This document shows, piece after piece, positions 43,349-52,101 of a DNA stretch of 64,000 bases. The DNA comes from an uncultured archaeon (GTDB lineage Archaea; Asgardarchaeota; Lokiarchaeia; Sigyniarchaeales; SOKP01). How positions within the stretch are numbered: the first letter of the stretch is position 1; the number at the start of each line of letters is the position of its first letter. Made by a program: the position numbers and the translations under genes. Under the pieces are notes generated by a model. It was not told where the DNA came from, searched no databases, and saw nothing but the letters and a program-made list of their open reading frames with translations. The stretch spans positions 192,001-256,000 of the forward strand of contig CAZALK010000003.1 of assembly GCA_964486045.1 (NCBI GenBank), given 5' to 3'.

Positions 43349-43598
43349 TGCCACCACTTGTGGTTAATTAAAAAAAGAAGAAAAATATTATTTTTTATTA
43401 AAAATCCAATTCAATCTCTATATTCTTCTTTTATTAAAGGCACACCATTAATATTATCAATACCTATCATATCATTTACTTTTTTAACAATAATCTCTTC
43501 AATCTTTTTTATTTGTTCTTCAGTAAAGATTTCACTCATCTTTCTTTCTCACCCCCTTAATTGTTTCTGCCACCGCTGGTGGTTAATTAAAAAAAGAA
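43349..43598. repeat. pair of 31-bp direct repeats (43349-43379, 43568-43598)
   Basis: tgccacc(a/g)ct(t/g)gtggttaattaaaaaaagaa, 29/31 identical. Confidence 0.85.
43411..43539 (-). CDS. 42-aa hypothetical protein
   Basis: MSEIFTEEQIKKIEEIIVKKVNDMIGIDNINGVPLIKEEYRD, preceded by SD-like GGGGGTGA. Confidence 0.6.
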   Translation of the reverse strand: MSEIFTEEQIKKIEEIIVKKVNDMIGIDNINGVPLIKEEYRD

Positions 43599-43877
43599 AG
43601 AAATTAAGGTTTATTTTAGGAATAAACAATCGAGCGTTTATCCCCTTAAAAGCCTACGATTTGACGATTTGGAGACCACACACAAGAAAATAATAATCCA
43701 AATCCTCAAGACCGAATTATAATCATAAGTTCACTACCTAATGCACTTATTATTAGATGGACGAAGTAAAACGGGGATCGGCTTTTAATCTTAGTTCCCA
43801 ATGTTCTTCCTTATTAAAATATATAATAGATTTTGAAAAGTTTTAATGCTCATAATATCTTATTTTGGTTGTTAAAA

Positions 43878-45380
43878 CTATTCTTTTTTATTATCTAAAA
43901 TTATTGGTTTACATCCTTTTCGTTTTGATCCGGCTATTCGTTCCAACAGGGCTAATCCGGGTTTAATTTCTTTTAGATTTTTGGATTCAATTAAACCAGC
44001 TTTAACTGCATCATTAAAGATTTTATCACCTTGCTTAGATCGGGTTATAACGGAAGACCATCCACTCGGAGACCCTATTGATCCCACAGAAATGTCAGCA
44101 TAATCTGCTGTAAGGTCTTCACAAAATCCGCAATTTGGTCTAGCATATGATTTTACCTCTTTAAGAGGGACTTTTTCGACTTCTCCAGATTTCAAGGATA
44201 TAATAAACTTGCCACCACTTATGTCCATTTTTGTTATTTCGTTAAGTTTTTTCTCGAATTTTTCTCCTGATAATTTAAAAACATTTTCAAACGAAAAAGC
44301 TTCCATACAAAATAGTCCAATTGTGTATTTGATATTTTTAAAGAATGGCAATCCCCCTGGATAAAAACTTCCTTTCTGAAGAGCAGTTATCATACATGGA
44401 GTACCAACAACAGCGATATTTTCATATTTTTTTGTTTTACTAATAATTGCTAAAGTTGACGCATTTGCATATTTAGTTCCACCCGTTTCATATAAATCTT
44501 TTACATCATCAACAATAACTGGTTCTGGTCTCCATAAATCATCAGCATGTTTCACAGCTACTATGGCATCTACTAACTTTTTTTTTAGTAAAAATTCGAG
44601 TAGAGCAGTGACTATTCCTCCGTCTTGTCGGACCTTTTTAATCTCTTCATTAGTAGTTGATGCTGAATAAACATTTTTGTATCCATTTATCTTAGCTGAA
44701 AATGTCAATGACTTATCGACTTTGCTAATACTTAGACCTGCTTGTGCAATTGAAAACGATTTACTGCACACGGAATAACATATTCCACATTTCATACAAA
44801 TTTCGTCATCAATTTCAAGCGTATCTGCTGTAACTGTTATGGCATCTACTGGACATACAGATGAACACCAACCACAATTACAACATACTCCGGAATCGAA
44901 CACAAGGGAAACAGCGTCAAAAAAATTCTCAATAAAATCATCTGCTAAAGGTTTCAACTGATATCTATAAAAGTAACTTTTGACTTCAACTTCTTTTTCT
45001 ACTCCCTTTACTTTCTTTGTGATTTTTTTTACCTTTACTTCAATATGTTCATCTACATACCCTTGCTCTTTTAAATAAATAACATCACGAATTACATTAG
45101 CAGCGGGAAATTCTTCAATTTTTTGTGCGATTTCTTCTAAGAATAACGGCTCTAAACCCTTTAATCTCTCCAAAATTAATTTACGTTCCGTCTCAGCGTC
45201 AATCATTGAGTCCAGAATTTCATAGAACTCATTTTCATCATATTTTCCAATATTAAGAATCTCGCCCTTTGCTTCAAAAAAAGCTCGAACTTGAAAATTT
45301 GCTGATCCTTGATATGTAGCTTCCATTAACTCCTTTGGAGATATTTTGGTAAATAATTTGTTATTTACAGTTTCGACCAT
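43878..45380 (-). CDS. frhB: FrhB-family protein with N-terminal helical/winged-helix extension and ferredoxin
   Basis: CCNCGWCSSVCP, CMKCGICYSVC, QDGGIVT, VGTPC, GLFCME, CGFCED...ADISVG. Confidence 0.9.
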   Translation of the reverse strand: MVETVNNKLFTKISPKELMEATYQGSANFQVRAFFEAKGEILNIGKYDENEFYEILDSMIDAETERKLILERLKGLEPLFLEEIAQKIEEFPAANVIRDVIYLKEQGYVDEHIEVKVKKITKKVKGVEKEVEVKSYFYRYQLKPLADDFIENFFDAVSLVFDSGVCCNCGWCSSVCPVDAITVTADTLEIDDEICMKCGICYSVCSKSFSIAQAGLSISKVDKSLTFSAKINGYKNVYSASTTNEEIKKVRQDGGIVTALLEFLLKKKLVDAIVAVKHADDLWRPEPVIVDDVKDLYETGGTKYANASTLAIISKTKKYENIAVVGTPCMITALQKGSFYPGGLPFFKNIKYTIGLFCMEAFSFENVFKLSGEKFEKKLNEITKMDISGGKFIISLKSGEVEKVPLKEVKSYARPNCGFCEDLTADYADISVGSIGSPSGWSSVITRSKQGDKIFNDAVKAGLIESKNLKEIKPGLALLERIAGSKRKGCKPIILDNKKE

Positions 45381-45445
45381 TCTTTCTTCAATTTCCTATT
45401 AATTTTAATATATTTTTAATACTATTTTTATAAAAACTTGTAAGA

Positions 45446-45513
45446 ACCCCTTCCTTTGCAGGGCTAGTCATCTTATAACTAAAATTTTTTTATAAGATTC
45501 ATTCAGCAGGGGT
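45446..45513 (-). promoter_or_regulatory. eukaryote-type SECIS element (core 45463-45507) within a putative three-way junction
   Basis: mRNA: ACCCCU GCUG A AUGA A UCUUAUAA [AAAAAUUUUAG] UUAUAAGA UGAC UAGC CCU[GCAA]AGG A AGGGGU. Shows helix I, AUGA/GA core, perfect 8-bp helix II and an A-rich loop. Confidence 0.85.
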
Positions 45514-45960
45514 AATTAATGATTCTTCTTTCTTTTTTGAAATTTTTACTCCTAATTTTTTTATCGGATTGGGACCTTCTCTTTCTACCTTTTCGTATGC
45601 ATCTTCTACGCTTTTCACGAATTTCTCACTTTCAGCTCCGCTTAACCAGTACATATTTACTCTCTGATGTCCAAAGCCTCTAGAAGCTAATATCCTATTT
45701 GCTAAGTCTACATGTGTTTGTGCGGAAAAGTTTCCTTGTTTGTATTGGCATTCATTGGGGCGTCATCCTACTACCATGACTCCATCTGCTCCCGACAAAA
45801 TGGTATAGAGAATATGCTTTAAATCGACTCTTCCTGTACATCGCACTTTGATTATTTTCACCGAAGTGGTATATTTCAACCGAGAAACACCTGCTAAGTC
45901 GGCAGCACTATACCCTCATTTCAAGCAAGCAAATGCAATTATCTGGTAGTTATTTTCCAT
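45499..45960 (-). CDS. mvhD: selenoprotein MvhD/VhuD (Sec15, Sec66), 153 aa
   Basis: MENNYQIIAFACLK-U-GYSAADLAGVSR...VRCTGRVD...GVMVVG-U-RPNECQY. UGAs at 45916-45918 and 45763-45765 align with Cys in the paralog at 20232-20681. Confidence 0.93.
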
Positions 45961-45964
45961 TTGT

Positions 45965-47941
45965 TTATACACCTCCTAAAAGACCAGTAATTTCAGCGAA
46001 TAATTGATAGTCTCGATAATATAATATATCGATCGCTTGAGTAGGACAACACGTAGCGCAAATACCGCAGCCATCACAGTTTATAGTATCTACAAAAGCT
46101 CCAATTTCCTTATCGATTTTTATAGCATTCTTTGGGCAAGCCTTTTCACAACGTCTACATGAAATACAATATTCACTTGCTACTTGAGCAGTAATCAGTT
46201 CAATATCTACTTCTCCAGGTGATGTTAATTCAGCGACTTTACTTGCTGCCGCTCTAGCTTGTGATACTGAATATGCTATATTTTTCGGTCCTTGTGCGAA
46301 GCCAGCAATATATATCCCTTTTGTTTTAGTTTCTTGAGGCATTAAACCAAAGTGAGATTCAGTAAGGAAACCATATATATTAGTATCAAGGTTCAATACT
46401 TTGGCAATTTGGTTCGTACCTTTTGAAGGGAGTGCTGCTGAGGAGAGTATTACTAAGTCCGCATCAATTTTAATGATTTCGTCAGTTAACGATGAATACA
46501 CTCGAAGATTAACATTTTTTGTTTCAGGATCTTCAGAAATCTCCCCAACTTTACCGCGAATCATCCTAATACCAGAATCTTTGGCACGTTGGTAATATTC
46601 TTCAAAACCTTTTTCACCAGCCCTGATGTCAATGTAACAGATAGTAATATTCGCGTCAGGAAATTCTTCTAACAATAATTTTCCATTCTTAAGCGATAGC
46701 ATACAGCAAACCCCGCTACAGTAAGTTCTTTCTGTAGTTCTACTCCCTACGCATTGTATGAATACGATTTCTTTCGGTTTTTTTTTATCATCAGATAGTC
46801 TTCTTACATGCCCTTCTAATGGTCCGTTCGGAGCTAGCATTCGTTCTAATTGAACTTGAGTTATAACATTGTCAAATTCTCCGTATCCGTATTCCCCAAA
46901 TGGTTCATACATATCCCAACCAGTTGCGATTATGATTGAACCGACATCTAGATTAACTTCTTTTGGTAATTGACTAAAATCAATAGTACCTAATTCGCAA
47001 GCGTCTATACATGCGAAACACTCAACACAGGCATTTCTATTTATGTCATAGAGAAAGGGTACAGCTTGACCAAATGCTATATCAATTGCTTTTCGTGCTC
47101 CTAAATTTTCATCAAAGAAGTTTGAAGTATAGACAGGGCACACTTCTGAGCATGCACCACAACCATTACACTCATCCGTAACAAAGCGCGGTTTCATTTC
47201 TACTTTTACTCTATAATTACCGACATACCCTTCGACTTCCTTCACTTCACTATAACTTAAAATCTCAATATTCTCGTTTCTATTGACATTTAGCATCACA
47301 GGTCCGCATATTCAAATCGAACAATCATCCGTGGGAAATGTACGATCCAGTTGGGCCATCCGTCCCCCTATAGTGGTTTTGTTTTCCACAAGATAAACTT
47401 TTATGCCTTGATTCGCAAGATCTAGAGCCGCGTTCATCCCAGCAATCCCAGCTCCTACAATTAAAGAAGCCTTTGTAACTGGAACGGTTTTGACAGGTAT
47501 ATCTTCTAAGTTCTTTGCCCGTTCTATCCCGCTTTTTACCAAAATTTTTGCTTTCTCTAAAGCCTCTGAGTTATGTTTTGTACACCATGAAACATGTTCC
47601 CGTATATTTACCATTTGGAAGTAATAGGGACTTAGATCTGTCTTTTTAATCGTGCTTCGATAAATAGGTTCATGTGTGCGTGGTGTTCATGCAGCAGCGA
47701 CAATACGATTCAAGTTTTTCTCTTTGATATCTTCCATAATTTCATTCTGCGCAGCTTCAGTTCATAGAAAACCGTTCTTTTTTGATAATACTATTTCATC
47801 CCCTAAACTTTGAGCATAATCTACGAGCGCATTAACATCTATTTTGCTTTTAATGTTAACTCCTCACTCACAAGAATAAAATCCAATCCGTAGTTCTTCA
47901 GTTTCTTTATTTTCACTAGTTTCATTCCGTTGACTATTCAT
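45965..47941 (-). CDS. hdrA: selenoprotein HdrA with four Sec (U26, U60, U85, U210), 658 aa
   Basis: Single frame from ATG 47941 with UGA at 47864-66, 47762-64, 47687-89 and 47312-14. Each aligns with Cys in paralog 25923-29015. Joins ORFs 47312-47614 and 45965-47299. Confidence 0.93.
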
Positions 47942-48218
47942 TTTTTACACCTTTTTTAAATTTCCACCTCAATTATTGATTATCAATTTCAACCATAAGG
48001 TTGATTTTAATTTTAATTTTCAAAATTAAATCACTTCTAATTTAAATTTTATTGATTTTTAAAACTTTTAATCTTTTTGTTTATCAAATTAAACAAGATT
48101 TTGTGGATTGCTTACTTACTTAAACCATTTTTAATGGGATCGGTTTAAAATTTCGGAAAGCATGAGAAATTAGGATGATGAATGATCAATAAGTATAGTG
48201 CGAAAAAACTTTGTAAAT

Positions 48219-49514
48219 TTAAATACTTAGAATTTCTTTTATAAGAGAGATTATTGTTTTTGTATTGAAAACAGATGTTTCTGCTGTTTTAATAAATTCT
48301 TTTATTTGATCATGATAATGTTTTTCAAAATGATTAAGAAAGTAAACTAATCTCTCTTTTAAACTTTGATTAGCGGATTTAGACAAAAATAAAGCTAATT
48401 TTATAAATTTACCATATGTTGCATGGATGTATAAGCCTTTATAATTAATTTCTTCCATAGAAGTAGTGCCCCCTAGTTGCGACATAAAAGAATCCATAGC
48501 TGACAAAAATCCTGATATTAGCTCTTTATCAACAGGGTAGTCTTCGCTTGCATGAGATACCATGTTTACCCCTGATATTTTATCAATGATTAATAGGCTT
48601 CTGAAGATATCATTGAATTTTGGCTTAACAGCTATTGAATGCTCCTCGGCAAGTAAAATTTTGCTGGGAAGTAATTCATACATAGTATAAGATTTAGATT
48701 TGTAAGCTTCCTTTTCTTTAAAATAATAACTGGATATAGTAGTTAATCGGGATGGTGCTCGAATTGGTTCATGTGGTAATTTTTTAATATACTCATCTCG
48801 CAACCTTGTGTCATGATCTTTAGATTTTTTGCCTTTAGTTATACCATAAATTTTCTGATGAATAGGATCAACTACGTAAAACCAAGCACGTAATTTCTGC
48901 ATATCTGAAACCAATCTTTTAAATCCAATATTTCGAACACCCCTGGGAGTGGTAACAAAAACAGTCCATAGAACTATTTTTGAGGCTTCACTGATCTGAT
49001 AAAAAGTGTCTTTATAATTTTCTTCTGTCAGTTCCTCTCCAGTCCTTATAAATACACCTTCAGTTCTTAATAATGGTTTTTTCTTAATTAAATAAAGATC
49101 TATTAAAAAATCTTTGATATCTGATGCATTGTAGACAATTATTCCCCAATCCGCTCCCTGATCTGCAAATGCGTCAATTAATTCTTGTTTGGAGATAAAA
49201 TCAAATCGTGTGATGTAATCACTTAGTTTCTCATCTTTTGTGATAGTATCTCCAATGAATGTTAAAAAAGTAGAATATTTCATCTGGAGATCAGGACTAG
49301 TTTGATATTTCTTAAAAAGATGAATGGATATAAGATCAAGTAATTCTAATTTAGTTAATGACTCATCCTCTGGGGTTGGAATATTATTTGTTTCCATGAA
49401 ATCATAAATTTCCTTGAACCTACTTCTTACGATTAAACAGTTCAAACATAAAATACCAATTTTCCCTTCGTTTTCTTTTTGAATCGTTTCTAAAATTTCA
49501 GTTGAGGATGGCAA
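48219..49514 (-). CDS. hypothetical protein with C-terminal longin/roadblock-like domain
   Basis: C-terminal LLIIDKISGV...LISGFLSAMDSFMSQL, typical of Asgard longin-like domains. Confidence 0.7.
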   Translation of the reverse strand: MPSSTEILETIQKENEGKIGILCLNCLIVRSRFKEIYDFMETNNIPTPEDESLTKLELLDLISIHLFKKYQTSPDLQMKYSTFLTFIGDTITKDEKLSDYITRFDFISKQELIDAFADQGADWGIIVYNASDIKDFLIDLYLIKKKPLLRTEGVFIRTGEELTEENYKDTFYQISEASKIVLWTVFVTTPRGVRNIGFKRLVSDMQKLRAWFYVVDPIHQKIYGITKGKKSKDHDTRLRDEYIKKLPHEPIRAPSRLTTISSYYFKEKEAYKSKSYTMYELLPSKILLAEEHSIAVKPKFNDIFRSLLIIDKISGVNMVSHASEDYPVDKELISGFLSAMDSFMSQLGGTTSMEEINYKGLYIHATYGKFIKLALFLSKSANQSLKERLVYFLNHFEKHYHDQIKEFIKTAETSVFNTKTIISLIKEILSI

Positions 49515-49761
49515 CGTTTCGTAGTCTATATTGGTTATTTTATTTTTTAGGTTTTAAAATATTCTCAAAATGAAAATAGATAAGTTATTTTATAGCATAT
49601 TCCTTGCTTATAATATATCTTCAGCATTTAATTACTCTTAGTTCTCTTTTTATTTTTATATATTTTCGTTATCACTACTGATTACCTACTAAAAAGCTGT
49701 CATTAGATTTAAAAATATTTTGAATAAAAATAAGTAAAAAAAAAATTAATGATTTAAGAAT

Positions 49762-51795
49762 TTATGCTCTTCTTCTCTTCAGGAAAATATATACCGCCGT
49801 AGCACCCATTATGCTTCCAATTATTATGGCTAAATCGAATCCAGGAATAGCTGCTTCAGGGGTAGTAGGAGGAGTTCCATAATATTTATCGATAGCTTCT
49901 TGATAAGTCTCGGTTGGTGAAGTATATCCAAAAGAGAAACTTGACCAACCTGTCAATATAAACTCGTTAGCTGCGTACATTCCTAAATCAGTGTAGTAGG
50001 TATAATCTGTTATTGACCATGTACCTGTCGTTGAAATAAGTTGGATTAACCCAGCAGGCATCGGAGCAGTACCATAGGTAGCACCATTTGCAGTTTGCAT
50101 TGGAGGTGCTGGGATGCCATCACCATCAGCTTGTCCTCCCGTGGCATCTGCTTCTGATTGTTGAAAACCAGATTTGTCTACAGCCTCTTCAAAGAATTGT
50201 ACGAGACGATAATGAGATATTGGTTTATAGGTTGCATTAGCGAGTGCCATTATCTCACGTAAAGCCCCAATGACAGCACCGATACTTTTTGGTGTATATA
50301 CATAGGTCGTAGCTCCTTCAGAACTTTTATAAACCCCATTGTTGTCATCCCATAATTGTCTTTCTAAGAAATCGAACGCTAGAAGTGCAGCGTTTTTATA
50401 TTTTGCATCATTAGTCACCTTATATGCTGCTAATAGACCTCGGATTGCTCCAGCTTGTGTTTCTAAGGTTCTTGCTGAAGTTGAAGCTGAACCTGCTAAT
50501 AAATCATAGCTGTTTTCAAAACCACCATCAGTTGGATCTTGAAGGTTGTTAATAAGAAAATCTGCTTGATCTGCTATGTACGTATTTTGGCCGAGCATAT
50601 TCATTGTTACACTACTCCATTCCTCTATTGCAGCAATTGCAAGTCCGGCATCGGCAGTAGATATGATATTTCCAGGAGTTAAAGTCCCAGGGCTGTAAGT
50701 AGAAGTATCCACGAATGTGTTGGAAACACTGTTCCAATGACCGCTTAAGAGCGTTGACCATATTGTCATTGCTAGCCCTTTCGATAAGTCCTCTGGACCT
50801 GGCATTCCAGTCTGAATCATGTTCCCTGGAAATGGCTGTTGTCCCATTCCAGTTCCATTGAAAATGTCATCCTGTGCTGGATCAGCAGACCACCCGTGGA
50901 ATCTTGCGCTCATCCATAATAATGACAATTGATCCCATAGTGTACTTGAACTATCGACCACAGAATAATTTTCAGGTTTTGGCATCGGCATCATACCACC
51001 TTCAGGTACGAAAGTATTGTTGATATCATAGGTGTATCGATGTGGAAAATAATGAGTAGAGGCATCAGTCATCGGGTCAAGCCCCATGTCAAGCATACCT
51101 GAAGAAATATTCACCGCAATCATTCCTTTTAGGAGCTTCATCTTGTTAATAACTTCGGCTGTCAAAACAAAACCACGGAAACCTTGTGTATTCCAATCCA
51201 TTCCATTAGTTGGTCCCAAACCTAATGCTATAGTAGCCCCTGCCTGCGTATAATTTAGCATGGGAGATGTATCAGGTGGTAATTGAGTTACAGAACCATT
51301 TGTTATATAATGGTTCCAACCAAGAAAATCTTCCGCCCATAATACATTTTTCAAGCCAGCTTGACCCAAAACAGCTGGATAAAGATCCTTATCGGCACCT
51401 GAGAGGTCCCATCTCAAAGTCGTGAAATTTTTCGCAGAATTAATAACATCTACAGCTTGGGCATATTTTGGTGTTGCTGACGCAAATTCCGCAAAAATTA
51501 CCCAAGCATTTATTGCTGGACCTCCAGCAGTCAGATTTGCGGCAGTACCGACTTTCATCATCATCATCGTCATATTTCCCATAAAAGACGGATTATATAC
51601 CATGTGGAGACCCATACCGGACATCATTACCGTATTTCCGAGATAATATCTCGAATACCAGTAACTTTCATTCGCAACGACTCCCCAGCTTTTTGTAGGC
51701 CCTGTATTTGTAGCTGCAATCGCAAAATTTGATGAGAACCCTTGGATTAAAAAAATGCTAATCAAAACTGTTAAAACTAATCTATTTCTTTTCAT
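49762..51795 (-). CDS. Met-rich secreted protein with alpha/alpha-toroid-like region and Loki-CTERM anchor
   Basis: Signal peptide, NESYWYSRY, Met clusters, AAYKVTNDAKYKNAA, C-terminal IPGFD-TM-KRRRA. Confidence 0.8.
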   Translation of the reverse strand: MKRNRLVLTVLISIFLIQGFSSNFAIAATNTGPTKSWGVVANESYWYSRYYLGNTVMMSGMGLHMVYNPSFMGNMTMMMMKVGTAANLTAGGPAINAWVIFAEFASATPKYAQAVDVINSAKNFTTLRWDLSGADKDLYPAVLGQAGLKNVLWAEDFLGWNHYITNGSVTQLPPDTSPMLNYTQAGATIALGLGPTNGMDWNTQGFRGFVLTAEVINKMKLLKGMIAVNISSGMLDMGLDPMTDASTHYFPHRYTYDINNTFVPEGGMMPMPKPENYSVVDSSSTLWDQLSLLWMSARFHGWSADPAQDDIFNGTGMGQQPFPGNMIQTGMPGPEDLSKGLAMTIWSTLLSGHWNSVSNTFVDTSTYSPGTLTPGNIISTADAGLAIAAIEEWSSVTMNMLGQNTYIADQADFLINNLQDPTDGGFENSYDLLAGSASTSARTLETQAGAIRGLLAAYKVTNDAKYKNAALLAFDFLERQLWDDNNGVYKSSEGATTYVYTPKSIGAVIGALREIMALANATYKPISHYRLVQFFEEAVDKSGFQQSEADATGGQADGDGIPAPPMQTANGATYGTAPMPAGLIQLISTTGTWSITDYTYYTDLGMYAANEFILTGWSSFSFGYTSPTETYQEAIDKYYGTPPTTPEAAIPGFDLAIIIGSIMGATAVYIFLKRRRA

Positions 51796-52101
51796 AATTT
51801 TTTATCAATTTTTAAAATTTTTTAGTGATATTATATATTATTTTAAGGTTCTATATAAACTTAGTTTTTTTAAAGTATTATTAATTATTACTTTAAAAAA
51901 CGATAATGAAAAAAAAAAAGGTATGTGATTTTTAGGTTTTTTTCATGAAATGTTAATTAAAGAAAGAAATGCAAGATTGATTTTATAAAACTTTAAAACC
52001 TTGAAAAAATTTGATCTAATATCAGATTAGGCATTTAAAGAATATAGAAAAGAAGAATTGATAATTAAAAATATAAAAATTAATCAGTAAATCCTCAATT
52101 T

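Noticed and set aside
43349-43598. CRISPR array
   Set aside because: Only two repeats, separated by 188 bp containing an ORF; no cas genes.
43740-43810. tRNA or att site
   Set aside because: No cloverleaf or T-loop consensus could be built.
30300-43870. Intact prophage, transposon, DGR or retron
   Set aside because: No integrase, transposase, reverse transcriptase or capsid gene was recognised. Paralog differences are not adenine-specific.
45438-45478. Alternative hairpin (UAAG-AUGA-CUAGCCCU-GCAAAGGAA-GGGGUU-CUUA) as the SECIS
   Set aside because: It lacks the 3' GA of the core. The overlapping 45463-45507 fold fits all SECIS features better. It could at most be a competing conformer.
45895-45920. 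AUGA...GA mini-hairpin at the first mvhD UGA as a second SECIS
   Set aside because: The stem is only about 4 bp and has no A-rich loop; it is explained by protein constraints.
45499-47941. hdrA/mvhD as pseudogenes with premature stops
   Set aside because: All six internal stops are UGA, in frame and at conserved Cys positions, and a SECIS follows. Random decay would not give this pattern.
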